This document shows, in pieces, positions 1 to 14,643 of a stretch of DNA of 64,000 bases. Positions within the stretch are counted from its first letter, which is position 1. Every line of letters begins with the position of its first letter. This DNA comes from Octopus vulgaris (lineage: Eukaryota). The position numbers and the translations under genes were made by a program. Below the pieces are notes generated by a model, which was not told where the DNA came from, searched no databases, and worked only from the letters and a program-made list of their open reading frames with translations. The stretch spans positions 6,076,001-6,140,000 of the forward strand of contig OX597824.1 in assembly GCA_951406725.2 (NCBI GenBank). Direction: 5' to 3'.

Positions 1-352
1 GGTTGCTCGAAGATATAGTCTTACAAAACGTAGAAATACGTCAATTCGCGAACCCATTCGCTGGAATTTAGTGGCAGAAGAAAAAAAAAGCTTAGTTTGA
101 TAAGGACAGATTCCATAAAATTTAAATTTGTATAAGTTTCTTTAATTAGCTTGTAGTCGGAATGTCCCTGAGCCATGAGATTACTTGGAAACGGAAGAAA
201 AAAAAGTTTTGTATGACTAGCGAAAAATAAAAAGAACTAGAAAAAGAAATCTTGAATGAGACACAATTATGGATATATATATATATATATAAATGTCTGT
301 GTGCGTGCGTTTGTGTGTGTGCATGTTTGTGTGCGTGTGCATGTATATGCCA

Positions 353-449
<97 letters not shown>

Positions 450-556
450 GCAAAACTATATACATGAATATACGTGTACATATTTATGTTTGTTTGATTG
501 TTAGACGTAAATACAAACATAGACATATACTTACATACACATACATACATAAATAA

Positions 557-587
<31 letters not shown>

Positions 588-924
588 CATATACATATAT
601 ATATGCCGTAGGTAATGACAGTAGATGACGTAAGTAAAAATATCTGAATGAAAAAAAACGTCTTTGAGTTTGGATCAAGAAACGAAAACTTAGCAGAAAT
701 TTTTCACGACCATCATAGTAATCGGGAGATTCACTTTTAAGAACTTAAGAATTACAAATAATAAAAAGTTATGCTAAGTGCCAAACGTCTCTCTTATTAG
801 CGGGGACTCTGTCATCAATGGTAATGTGTTAGCCTTACTGGATCTCGTTAGTATTTGATCAATTAAGAGAACGATCTGTATATACGTATGTATATGTGTG
901 TGTGTATATATATATATATATATA

Positions 925-1098
925 CTTTATTTTAAGCAGCAGAAAATTCAACAAAATCTGTTACTCTGAGTTTCTCCGAGAAACTCAGAGTAACAGATTT
1001 TGTTGAATTTTCTGCTGCTTAAAATAAAGCATATTACTCTACCACTGGTATTTGAGTACTCTTTTTTCCACCTTGTTTCACATTTATGTGTTTACTCC

Positions 1099-1100
<2 letters not shown>
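925..1100 (+). mobile_element. Non-autonomous PLE/retrozyme-like element (family H1), collapsed to a 105-bp palindrome plus a 3' tail, between (TA)n tracts
   Basis: Perfect inverted repeat 925-1029 centred on 977 (ctttattttaagcagcag...gagtttctc c gagaaactc...ctgctgcttaaaataaag). The tail is nearly identical to 22930-23001. The HHR half GAAActcagagTAacag is kept but the CUGANGA half is deleted. Confidence 0.75.
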
Positions 1101-1137
<37 letters not shown>

Positions 1138-1357
1138 CCCTGGACCGGATTCCGGTTAGTCGCAGAGTTCCACAGTTTTGCCTGTCGAGTGGTTTGGAAC
1201 AAGGTTAAATGAAGTGTTTGCTCCAGAGCACAACCCATCGTCCTGTCCAGGAATCGAAAGTATAATCTTACGATCCTGAGTGCATTACTGCATCATTTAC
1301 ACCGTGTGACTCCACAAGCATTATATATGTGTGGTGGTGGTGGTGGTGGTGGGGGGA

Positions 1358-1520
1358 GTGTGTTCAAATTCCGCCGAGGTCGACTTTGCCTTTCATCCTT
1401 TCGGGGTCGATTAAATAAATACCAGTTACGCACTCGGGTCGATATGATCGACTTAATCCGTGTGTCTGTCCTTGTTTATCCCCTCTGTGTTTAGCCCCTT
1501 GTGGGTAATAAAGAAATAGG
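1358..1520 (+). mobile_element. SINE family B fragment (Meta-domain-like)
   Basis: gttcaaattccgccgaggtcgactttgcctttcatcctttcggggtcgattaaataa matches the copy at 16550; its 3' part matches the copy at 36929. Confidence 0.8.
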
Positions 1521-2104
1521 TGGAGGTTTTAGATATTACGGTATATGTTGATGTCAAATTTTTATGAATGGCATTAATAAAAATTCATTCCAGCAGAAGA
1601 AAAGAACAGAAGAAAAATGTACGTAATTCTTTGAAGAATATGCGTCAGCAGACTTGTGGTGAAAGGTTAAATGCCAGAATTTCATAAACTGTGATTTTCA
1701 CGAATTCCTTTTCCAAAGAGTTAATAGAACTGTTAAACGTAATGAGTGATCGGGTGCAATCAGTTAAAAGAGAGCAGAATTACTCTATAGCTATAGTAAA
1801 TAATTAATGGAGCTTTAGAAGTCCTCTGAAATTTCAAAGCCACATATTAATAAACTAGAATCACAGACATTGCGGAGTCTGAGTTGCAATATTTGCTCTT
1901 TCGAGTTTCTCATTGGCAAATATGCCAAAAACATCAAATATTGCGATTTCAATTAATAGCGATGCATCTATGTGCATGAATGTATGTATGTATATATATA
2001 TGTGTGTGCGTGTGTTTATATAAATGTATATATGTTTGTGTATATGTACAAATAAGAAATATATAATAAATATGCTTACACACATATGCATGTGATTGTA
2101 TATA

Positions 2105-2220
<116 letters not shown>

Positions 2221-2241
2221 CATATATATATCTGTGTATTT

Positions 2242-2279
<38 letters not shown>

Positions 2280-2336
2280 AAATGGATAGGTGAATTATAT
2301 TGTTACGGATTATTCAAGTGATAACCGATACCTGGG

Positions 2337-2372
<36 letters not shown>

Positions 2373-3451
2373 TATAACTTTGTCCTTGATATGTGAGTAT
2401 CAAAATCTCTGACGTACAGAATGTACATGCTAATAAAAATCAATATTAATCTACATATAAAATAACTTGAAGGATCAATATAAAATTCTAGTTTTCTTGT
2501 AAGAATCATTTATTGCGTTATCATTGACATCAGTAGAAGCTTTCTACCAAACATGGCATCATAAAATCTTCATTAAGATTGCAGACTACGATGCACTGCA
2601 ACTGTGCAGCTAGAAATTACACGATTTTACAAATATTTATAGTGCAAATGCGCGCCGTTGAATTAAACAGTCCAAACTTTAGGCTACCAAAACTCGCGGC
2701 TGTTTCGTTATTATTTTTGCGCAGCAATATCCCGTTCGAATTCTCTTACATACAAACTTCCATTCAAAGATCATTAATTGCCGATGTAAAATTACAAATA
2801 TGCATCTATGAATTATCTGTAATAAAAATAAACTTTATTTTTGCCAACTTCCTGAAATATTTCTCGATTTAAAGAGAAGATATGAAATATTTATATGTGA
2901 TGTTACAAGATGATTGAATATGCCTTTCCTTCAATGGCTATAATAAAATTAATCTTTCGGGTATATCTTTCTATTTTCTATGGCAAACAAGAATTTATGG
3001 GTGCCAATCAATGCAAGAAGCGAACAGGGTTTTATTCCTTTACCATCCAGACATACATTATCTACATTACATACATCTCTCGTTCGATATTATTCCAAGG
3101 GAACATTCTGACAGTTTAATATCCACACTCTAAATTGACATATCAACCTAATTATATAGTTATGAACGATAATCGATATTGAATTCGAAAGCTGGTTCCA
3201 GAATCACAATACGATACACGATGTGTATTTCTAAAGGATAGCATTGGGCTTCTATGGACAGCAGTGCACGCATACACACACATGTGTGCACCCATACACA
3301 CATATATATATTTACACATACACACACACACATATATATATGTACACATACGCATATATATATATATACACACACATTAGATATATACACATGCATATAT
3401 ATATATATATATATGTGTGTGTGTCTATATATTACCATTTATATAAACATA

Positions 3452-3515
<64 letters not shown>

Positions 3516-3559
3516 TATATCATATATATGAGTATGTGTCTGTGTATTAGCATTTATAC

Positions 3560-3608
<49 letters not shown>

Positions 3609-3611
3609 GCT

Positions 3612-3654
3612 ATACACTTCTCTCGAGTGTTTCTATCGTTATAGCATCTAATCT

Positions 3655-3732
<78 letters not shown>

Positions 3733-3837
3733 TATTTATGTGTGTGTGTCTGTGTATTACCATTTATATAATCATATATAAGAAAAGGAATAAGAGATTA
3801 CATGCTATAACGATAGAAACACTCGAGAGAAGTGTAT
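3612..3837. repeat. 48-bp inverted duplication flanking a (TA)n tract
   Basis: 3612-3659 is the reverse complement of 3790-3837 with one mismatch. Confidence 0.9.
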
Positions 3838-4240
3838 GTATGTATGTATGTATGTATGTATGTATGTATGTATGTATGTATGTATGTATGTATGAGTGTG
3901 CGGTGTTTGTTTATGAGTACGTATAATTGCTATGAAATATTTTTGCTCTATATTTTCCGTTTTGCTTATTTTCTCATTTTCAATTGAACCCTGAAACAGA
4001 TGAATAATGGAAACATAAAACTGTAATTATTGACGTACATTGATAGCTTGATAGACAGCGGCATTGTCTATGGACAGGTAGTGAATACGAAAACAAAGAA
4101 TGGTGGTGTTGTTGCTAATGATGTCTGTCTTATAACCGTGTTGGTTCTATCGATTTTCTCGTGGTTGGAATACACTGTAATAGAACGATATAGAAATGAA
4201 GCACACATAGACACAAAACGCTCATAAAACGTCGACTCTG

Positions 4241-4332
<92 letters not shown>

Positions 4333-4529
4333 CTCTGAATGAGCTATAAACAGCAGCTACACGACAACGTGAAGTATATTTGCCACTTAAATGCGACTAA
4401 CCACTAAGGGTTGATGTAGCTTGTAGCCCCAGGAGAAAATCTTCTCTAGCTGGTTATTGTCACACTTTCTGTGCCCTATCAGTATTTGCAAAGGGAAGCC
4501 ATACTTCTCATCGTCGACCTGACGTGATA

Positions 4530-4583
4530 CGCACGGACCCGAGTTTCTGGGTATTTACACGACAATCACCGGTCTTCAATGCG
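4530..4583 (-). ncRNA. Degenerate type I hammerhead-like motif in a ~300-bp element (4331-4638) bounded by (TA)n
   Basis: Minus strand: cgca TTGAAGA ccggt..accca GAAA ctcggg TC cg tgcg. C3 is changed to U and helices I and II are imperfect. Confidence 0.4.
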
Positions 4584-4634
4584 AAGGGGTCCCACTGCAA
4601 ATACATATATGCTTTTCCCAGTGGCGAAAAGTCA

Positions 4635-4671
<37 letters not shown>

Positions 4672-4765
4672 GTATACTTATATACGAGTGGTACCCAAAA
4701 GAAACCAGAATTTGCAATATTGTTTTATTTATTTAGTTTTACATGTCTTCACTTTTATCTCGTAG

Positions 4766-5031
4766 GAAGCAATCTACATTTGATGCAATGAATCAGTCTA
4801 GGCGTCTCTTCCACTATTCGATGAAGTACTGCAACTCTTACGAAGTGATACCTTTTAACGCTTCCGTCACTTTTCTTCACTTCTTCCACATCTTCCATAC
4901 CTGCAAATTCCAAAACACCAGTTTCTGTCACCACTGACGGCCTTTGAAAAAAGGTCCAGATCAACTTCCAACTGTATTTTCAGTTCACGACACGCATTCA
5001 ATTGTGACTGCTTTTGATCCTTGCAAATATG
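4766..5031 (+). other. Possible spliced exon (perhaps a 5' UTR exon ending in ATG)
   Basis: Pyrimidine tract plus tcgtag acceptor at 4764-65; donor ATG|gtaagt at 5031/5032; non-repetitive sequence. No frame is fully open. Confidence 0.25.
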
Positions 5032-7283
5032 GTAAGTCTTTGCTACTTATTTGATCAGAGCTTATTGCTATTTAAAGCTCAGCTTTTGACCACGTACACT
5101 ATTCCTCACATACAATGCAGTATATGGTTTTGAACATATAGCTAAAGGTTTGGGCAACTTGCTACCGGAGTCTTTTTTATATTATAATTGCAGAATTTGA
5201 TACGCATGGACCGTTTAGGCGTGTACAAGGATGGCTAAGTGCCATTAACTAACATGTCACTGATAAGTGCATCCCATTTGGACGAGAAAAGGGACAGTTT
5301 TGACAATATTGGGGTTGATATATAGAATAGATAAGGAGGAGTATACGTTGCACTGAAATGTTGGCTAGAATTAAGGTAACTGGGAAGTAAATCTTGTTAT
5401 CAGTTGTGTGCTGGCTGGTCTGGAAAGCAATGGTTCAAATGGAGAGCTTGAGTTCTGTCTGGCGCCCATAACTGCTTGAGTCTATCCGAGTTTGTGGAAA
5501 ATAGGGCCACATCGCATTTCTTCGATATTTTTTGCGACTAAAGCTGATCAATGAAACATTTTACCCAGAATTCTATATTCTTTATCAAAGTAAATGCCTC
5601 GCGTTGCTAAAATCATGGCTTCGAAATCTTATTTGAAATAGAATATATGATGGTCCGCATTCAATATAGAATATTTCGCTCTAATGGGACTGTTAGAAAG
5701 AAATTTTTAGGAAGATTGCAAACTGTGAAACGGTTGAAGAACATTACGCAATGAGATTTAACCTCTGCTGAATATGGCTTTTCTTCATAGATCAATATCG
5801 AAGGAGGCTAACGTGAGGGTAAACAACAACACTTCCAATTATGCTTTCATTCCAAAGAGACTATATCTTATCTCGTCAGTGTTAATGACCTCATGAAGGG
5901 GCTTGAAAGTAATTTAAAGTTCCCTTCTTACTAGATTCTAATAAACAAAACTGCAATAAACTAAGCATTAAGTGTGTGTCTCGTTTCATTCGGTACATTT
6001 TACACGCGAACGTAAGCGACTTTGTTCCCAGTCAAAATAAATAATATCTTGCCATAAAAAAAAAATAATTTCTCCGAACATTTGGATAACATTCATTATA
6101 GTATGTGATAAGGAGAAGGTTTCCCGAAGTATCATACGAGAAAAAAACTGTCTGGTAATATATCTTCTCTTTATTTTTATCTATTATCAACCTTGCCTTA
6201 AAAATTTTGCCTAGATTCTCAACTACATTGATTAAAGTTCTTTTTTTAAATATTTATGTCATTTATATATTATAATACTTCGAGCAAATTGCAATGCTCT
6301 TTAATAATGATTACCAAAATTTACACTGAATCAGAAAATTATCGGGAAGAGATACGTCTACTGAATTTTAATTCTAATTCACGATCATATACCTGACGTT
6401 TATTATATTCCTCACAAAATTAATCCAGAAAGGATGCGAAGAGAGAAAGATGAGACGTGGAGAAAGAATGATTTAGAAAAGATTCAATACTTCTACATAA
6501 TATGCTAATTTCAGTGAGGCAGGAGTGGCAATATTTTATTCGGTTTGGTTTGAAGGAGATGTGTACGAGAGGGTTGAGGGGGGGTATTATAATCACGGTT
6601 TCTAGACAGAAATTTTGCAGAGTTATTATCTTCTAATACTTCACATGTTTATGTTTTATATAAAAAGAAAGTAATTTCAACTTCCTTGTAAATGGTTAGC
6701 AATGTATTCGATTAATATCTAGGCAGCACTTCAATAAACGCAATATTTGCAATGATAATACATATTTCATGTTCGTTTCCTCTCAGTCTAATTACGTCTT
6801 TCACGATGCCTTTAGGCAACAAGAATTCTTAAATTTATTATACAGTCTTCTACAAAACTTGGAAATGGTAAAAAGAAAAAAAATTCTACTTTGCAGAATA
6901 TAAGCAAATAGCTTGTAGAGAATTAAAAGGAAGTTTGTTATTTCTATCACATGTATCAATTTAATTTAATGTTCAAGCAATATGATACTCTCCGGGAAGC
7001 AATGGTCTAAACAATGGATATTTCTAAATACTACCAACAAAAGTCAATTGACTTGAAATATTGGATTGAATCAATAGAACAATGACAACAAGAATGACAC
7101 CATTGCTTCAGATTCGTTTTGTTGTAATAAAAGTGTGTTGGATTAAATTGGCGACATGCAAGACTTACCAAAGAGTTGGTTGCTTATATTCTGCAATTGG
7201 TTCTGCGCTTCTCGCATGGCAGAATCTCTTTAACTGTCAACATCCTAATATGACTATGAGTAAATATCAATAAACACACATAC

Positions 7284-7369
<86 letters not shown>

Positions 7370-7370
<1 letters not shown>

Positions 7371-7683
7371 GAGGTGCAAAGGCCCAGTGATTAAAGCAAC
7401 AGACACGTAGTAGTAGGTTCGCGATTTCGATTCCCAGACCGGGCGTTGAGAGTGTTTCTTGAGCGAAAGCACCTAAAGCCCCACGAGGTTCCGGCAGGGG
7501 GGGGGGGGGCAATCCCTGCTGTACTCTTTCACCACAACTTTCTCCCACTCTTTCTTCTGTAGGCCTGCTCGCTCAGCCAGCGGAGTGGGGGGTCATTTGA
7601 AGGCTAAAACAATGCGAAGCGCATTGTGAACAACGATGTGTAGCAACATCTGATAGCCTGGTCAGTCACGGTGGTCACGGTGA
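7370..7683 (+). mobile_element. tRNA-derived SINE family C
   Basis: Head ggaggtgcaaaggcccagtgattaaagcaacagac...gatttcgattcccagaccgggcgttg with A/B-box-like motifs, shared with 19354, 21207 and 39339; ends in a gtcacggt repeat. Confidence 0.8.
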
Positions 7684-8306
7684 TATATATATATAATTGT
7701 GAACATTTCATCTGTGCAGGTTGTTGTTAGGACGCAAATCAGACTCAACTCGTAGATCTGTGTTCGAAGGCTAAGCAAGCCTTCCTTTTCTTCGATATAG
7801 TGTATGATAGACGCGTGCGATTTGAGGGATATATATCTTTTATTATTACTGGAATGTCGAGTGATCAAGAACAGGTGGGTTCAAATTTCAGATAAGAGTA
7901 CCTTATTCTCGGTCCCCATGTTTTTCATTGATCATCTTTGAAAGGACATCGTAGTATGCATGAATATTGCAATAGTTACTCGGAGTGTGAAAACTAGATA
8001 GGACAAAAATCCATCAAAGTAACTATACGCTACACCAGTGTTTGTAGGTTCTCTGTTTGCCAATAACAGTGGCGAAAGATTTCATCTTAGCATACAGTTC
8101 AGTGTGAGTGCATGCAACTGATAAGGCGTACGGAGGTAGAAACGTGCTTCTCGTATTCTCTCTAACTGCCAACGAGACAATTTCCGTCTGCCTCCAATGT
8201 ATAGTAGGGTTTCCAACAAAGCAAGGAAGGAGACGAATACTTCAATAAATTCGACTGTTCGCAATGTATTTATATTATAAAACAGACATGTTTAAATATA
8301 CATACG

Positions 8307-8376
<70 letters not shown>

Positions 8377-9627
8377 GGTGCGTGTGTGTATACATAGATG
8401 CATACGCACACATATGTATATGTGTATGCATGAATCTATGAGTGTGTGTGTGAGTGCGTGCGCACGTGCGTACGTGTGTGTGTGTGCGTGCAGTTGCGTG
8501 TATATATGTGTTACCTAGAGCAAAATGCTTTATAAAATTTGGTAAGTATTAATATTGAATAAGCCATACACGCCCGCATGCTGAAGTGTTTCTTCTACAC
8601 ACGTTCCTTTATTCTAGTAGATGGATCATAAATTCCTGCGTTACCGTATGAATCCTCACACCAGATGAAGTAGTAATTTTGTCTTGGTTTTCAATGTGTG
8701 ATTTCTAAATATACTGTAGCTGAAATTATCATTTATTTATTCGTTTATAGAATTCATCATAAATAAATACCAGTAATAAGCGGCTGTCGATATAATACGT
8801 ATATAATCTTCCCTTACGAATGTGTCTAAATGCCTCTATTTCTGTCAGGAAATATCTTAGCAAGGGAATTTTGTAAATTTTATAAAAAATTGATTTATTC
8901 TCTCTTGAGGTTTATATCCAGTCTTTGGGAATGTTATTGGAAAATAGATGTACTATTAAAGCAAATACCAGTATTCTTAAACTAAACATATTTTGATCAG
9001 TCTTTTATCTCTCACGCACTTATATCTCTTTCAATTCGCAGTTTCCATTTCAAACTATAAACTACATACTCGTGTCATAACAAAGAGGATGGAATGAAAT
9101 AATAGTGAAGAAAAAGGAGAAGACAAAGGAAGACCAATAGCCAATATATTGTTAAGTAGCAGAAAAGTACACACCATTGTGTTTTTAAATGGGTGAGCGC
9201 AAATAAATTGCAGAATGCTTTCGAAAGCTTAAAAGGTATAATTTCCGCCATTATGAAAGTAAGGGCGCAAGGTGAGACAATGGTAACACATTTTACCACT
9301 TGATGCTGTGAAAAATTCAGAAATTCATTTACGACACACACAATCACGAACGCACGCACACACACACACGCACACACAGACACACACATACACACACACA
9401 CACATATATATGTATATATGCATATATTTGTATATTATATAAGCGTATAAATATACATACACACACATATGTATATATATATATATATACAGTGTACATT
9501 TAAACACACAAGAGACATCTATCATAGGACTCCTTGCACGCCGCTAGAGACGACAGTGAAATTCCAAACCACTATTAGGGATAAAATTTCGAAGGGAATG
9601 AAAAATAAAAACATGTACCATCTAATT

Positions 9628-9693
9628 CCTGGACCAATGGTTTCAGACTTTTTTATCAAATAAAATGAATTGCTAGAAGTCTTCTTCAGCAGG
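9628..9693 (-). ncRNA. Type I hammerhead ribozyme, canonical core
   Basis: Minus strand: cctg CTGAAGA agactt..aagtct GAAA ccattgg TC cagg. Helix I 4 bp, helix II 6 bp, palindromic helix III, GUC cleavage triplet. Confidence 0.88.
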
Positions 9694-10288
9694 TACACCT
9701 TAGATTAAATATATATATACAGGAGGCAATCCAGTATATGACCCGTGCTTATACATTCTAATTTTTCAAATCTACTGCGCAAGCGCAGCTTATTGTCGGC
9801 ATTATATTTATATGCCGGCTTTTCACTTCGAAAATTATCCAGAGAACAAATTATCAATAATTAATAATATCAAAGCGTAATTAGTAATATTTGAAATTTC
9901 CATTACAAGTGGCCTAGCGTGTAAGAATTTAGTCAATAGACTATATATTATTCATATAAATACAGTGTACATTTAAACATATAAGAGGTATCCACCATAG
10001 GACTCATTTAAATGTACACTGTATTTATATGAATAATATATAGTCTATTGACTAAACTTTTACAAGCTAGGCCACTGGTAATGGAAATTTCTAATATTTC
10101 TGATTACCCTTTGATATTATTAATTATTTGAAATTTTTTCTCTGCATAATTTTCTCATTGAAAAGCCGGCATATTTATATATCACCGACAAGGAGCTGCG
10201 CTTCTGCGGTAGATTTGAAAAATCAGAATGTTTAAACACGGGTCATATACTGGATTGCCTCGTGTGTATATATTTAATCTAAGGTGTA

Positions 10289-10360
10289 CCTGCTGAAGAA
10301 GACTTCGCCTAACAAATTATATTATTTGCTAAAAAAAACTTCTGAAACCATTGGTCTAGG
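10289..10360 (+). ncRNA. Type I hammerhead ribozyme (inverted partner of 9628-9693)
   Basis: cctg CTGAAGA aga..tct GAAA ccattgg TC tagg. Helix II is partly decayed. Confidence 0.8.
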
Positions 10361-10597
10361 AGTTAGATGGTAAATGCTTTTATTTTTCATTCCCTTCGAA
10401 ATTTTATCCCTAACAGTGGTTTGGCATTTAACTGTTCTCTCTAGCGTGCAAGGAGTCTTATGATGGATGTCTCTTATGTGTTTAAACGTACACTATATCT
10501 ATATGAATAATATATACTCTATTGACTAAATTTTTACAAGGTAGGCCACTGGCAATGGAAATTTCTAATTTTTTTATTACACTTTGATATTATTAAT

Positions 10598-10687
<90 letters not shown>

Positions 10688-10846
10688 ATGTGTGTGTGTG
10701 TGTGTGTGTACATACACACACGTATCGACTTATTTAATAATTGGTTGCAAGGTACAGGACATGTGCTCATGGGAGTGAGTTAGTGATCGCCATTGTTATA
10801 TTAGTCTGACACCAAATCAAATGTGAATCTGTATACCACTGAATGC

Positions 10847-10908
<62 letters not shown>

Positions 10909-11404
10909 TATATATATTTGTGTGTGTGTATATACATGAATATTGTGTATATAAATACAGGAACACACACAGTGACACACACACACACATTTTGGATGAT
11001 TATATTGGTATAATAAGTTCCAGTTATTTACTTCCATTCAAGTGGACGGACTTCAGAAGTCTGGTTGGTAGATCCGAACATTTATTTCTGGAATATATTG
11101 CGTCTGTATATTTTTCTTCATTGGCTTAATAGACAAACTGATACCCCAACCACTTTTGTTTTAGCAACCGGTGAAGTATGAAGCCCACAAACAAAACAAC
11201 GCTGTGTCAAACACATATATGCATACTTGTATACTCGCAAGAACACTCACACACACACACACACATACACACACACACATACATTCCCACAAGCAGACAT
11301 GTACTCACATAGAAGCGTATGTTTACATACATACACACGCACATGTCTATGTGTGTGTGTATTTTAAGCCTGTCATTCTGTCTGTCTTTCTCTTTCTCTC
11401 TCTG

Positions 11405-11568
<164 letters not shown>

Positions 11569-11593
11569 ACATATATATATATGTATGTATATA

Positions 11594-12870
11594 CAGTTGC
11601 GACCAAAATGTTCAGAACGGCATTGTTTTCGTCAGAAGAGTAAGTATAATTTTTTATCACAGTTGTTTTATATTCTATAATTCTCACAGACAATAAATAC
11701 AATATTTATTGTTATTGTCTGAGATTTTGGTGTAATTTGAGAGGATAATAGAAAAATTATGGATGATTTAGTGATTTACTGCAAAACCCATGGCGGCCAA
11801 AATTATCAGAACGGTCGAAAAAATAAGAAAATAATCAAAAATGCCAGAGAATACTGGAATTATTTAATATTTAGTGTGAAGCCCTTTAGCTTCAATCATA
11901 CTTTGACATCTTCGACTGCATGAGGAAATTATATTTTTAATTTCTTGCTGGGTGATCTTATTTTATCGTTCCTGAAGAGCATTCCATAGATGCTCGGTTG
12001 TTTTAGGATTTCTGGCTTTCGCACCGTCTCCTAGAATATTCCACACATTTGCAATAGGATTGAGATCTGGGCTGTGAGCAGGCCAATCCATAACAATAAC
12101 CTTTTCAGCCTTAAGGAAGTTCATGACCACCTTAGCCTTGTGACATGGGGCATTGTCCTGCATGAACATGGGTGGTCGCTTACTTGAATTTCTCAGCACA
12201 GGAAAGACAAGTTGTTTATAAACTCCTTCATTTAACTTTCCATGTAATCGCACCAAAGGGCCCACACCATCTCCAGATATCATCCCCCAAACCATGGCAC
12301 TTCCTCCACTGAATGTAACACTAGTCTTAAGGCATTTAAGCGACAATCTTTCATCTAGTTTTCGACAAACTGAGTCAAATAACATAAACTTAGATTCATC
12401 ACTGAAATGCATCGTTTGCGTTTTTTCTTGTGACCACAACACATGTTCGGTTGCAAAGGTAAGACGACACTTTTTATTCTTGGAGCTGATTAGTGGCTTC
12501 ACTGCCGGTGCTCTTGGTCATGTTCAACTAAACGACGAGACACAGTTTTTCGAGATAAAGTTTTCTTCAGTGCAATGCTCATTTCCCGAGAAACAGCAGC
12601 AGCAGTTTTAAATCTGTCCTTTTTAACCAACTTTACCATAGCACGATCTTCTCTGTTGGTCGTTTTTCTTGGCCTACCTGTAAACTTTCTTGCTTCACAC
12701 GAACTACAATCATCGTAGACCTTAAGAATACCGTGAACAACACTTTTTGACTTGTTAAAAATATTTGCAATAGACCCAATACTTAAATTATCCTTCTTTC
12801 GATGCTTAATAATCTGCTGACGAATTGGTAACGGAGTGAGTGGCATTATATTAGCAAAGTACACTGTTGT
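11594..12870 (-). mobile_element. Tc1-like DNA transposon of IR/DR type, one end missing
   Basis: TA|cagttgcgaccaaaatgttcagaacgg terminus at 11594 with an inner direct repeat tggcggccaaaattatcagaacgg at 11791. No matching TIR is seen beyond 12870. Confidence 0.85.
11864..12846 (-). pseudogene. Tc1 DD34E transposase pseudogene
   Basis: Paired-like HTH and GRPRKTT motif (ORF 12499-12864); FSDESKF, GGSAMVWG, FMQDNAPCH and WPAHSPDLNPIANVW (catalytic E changed to A); frameshift near 12500, premature stop near 11963, native end GLHTKY*. Confidence 0.92.
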
Positions 12871-13432
12871 TTCAATATTTCCTGACAGCTTTGTCTAGAA
12901 GCACATGCATTTTAAAGTCGATACTTTCCCGAAAGATAATGACCCGACTGAAGCCAGAAAGTAGTCACATCACGAAATTTCATGTGGTCGAAAAATTAGC
13001 AAAGTGTATCCGAAAGTTTATCGAAAAACAAAGAGACTTGCGTGACCCAAAGAGGGTTCTACAAGAAGTACCAACCAAAAAGCGTTCAAATCATATCCTT
13101 GTGACATTAATATTTGCAGAACGACATAACGGACTGAGTACAGAGCAATAAGCAAAGGTTTTCGTTTTGATAAAACGGGATGGGCATGACTGTGATACTT
13201 TGCTCATCTGTCCGTTCAGCTAGCCTTGGGCTGAGGAGGAGCAGCGGCGGTGACAGAGGCCGCAACAGCAGCGACATGATTATCGGCAAGTATACGTCTA
13301 TTTGGTAGATGTGATGCGCAGAACTGGGTCAGCATCGTCTTCGCAATATAATTTGTTTTTCTAGTTCCAGCTCAGAGCTGCAGCCATGCTGTTGCACCGC
13401 CGTTTTATTTATTAAATTTTTTTTTTTATTCT

Positions 13433-13921
<489 letters not shown>

Positions 13922-14424
13922 TTTTTGTGTGTATTGTACAAAGCGAATCACGTAAACCCAGCAACTATTTTACTTGAGGTAGTTAATATACATAACTGAC
14001 TGTTAAATTTGATGACGTCATGAATATCGCATCCTATGTTTATAAAATTTGATGTAATAAAATTATGCTGCATCATTCATCGAATAAACACCTAGAACAA
14101 ACTTCCCTCTCTTTCTATATAAAAACATAAACATACATACACAATAACTACACATACACACACACACATACACAAACGAACACACATACTTACACAAACG
14201 CACAAAGATCGATATACGAGCATAAATATATATTCATGTGACTATGTGTGAATGAGGTTGATGGTTGATAAGAAGAAGGATGAGGCGTTGATATTAAAGT
14301 TTAGAAAGTGGAGAAACGTAGGTAGGCTATTAGCAAAGATATAGAAATGTTGTACAAAATACGGAGGCGTAAAAATCTCTGGTTCTGGCGTTCTGAGTTC
14401 ACATCCCACAGAGTTTAGCTTGAA

Positions 14425-14600
14425 AACCGATGCTGGTGTGTCTGTGTCCCCTTTCTAGCAGTTCGGCAAAAGAGTCCGATAGAATAAGTACCAGGCTTAC
14501 AAAGGATAAGTTCTGGAGTTGGATTTCTTCAACTAAAACCCTTTAAGGCGGTGCTCCAGCATGACCGCCGTCAGATGAGTGTACAAATAAAAGAAATAAA
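14425..14600 (+). mobile_element. SINE family A 3' half
   Basis: accgatgctggtgtg...aggcggtgctccagcatgaccgcc. Confidence 0.7.
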
Positions 14601-14606
14601 AGAAGG

Positions 14607-14643
<37 letters not shown>

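Larger units (their letters stand above)
9488..10599. mobile_element. Head-to-head inverted pair of ~473-bp HHR-containing monomers (family H2), each arm with a partial tandem repeat and ending in (TA)n
   Basis: Anchor tacagtgtacatttaaa recurs at 9488 and 9961 (473 bp apart) and, inverted, at 10006 and 10480 (474 bp apart). The junction is at 10005/10006. Each arm has one HHR. Confidence 0.85.

Noticed and set aside
5825-5885. Minus-strand CTGACGA...GAAA resembling an HHR
   Set aside because: No helix II or III pairing and no UH before the helix I partner.
12867-13289. 94-aa and 60-aa ORFs next to the Tc1 element
   Set aside because: No domain or splice support; likely TE debris.
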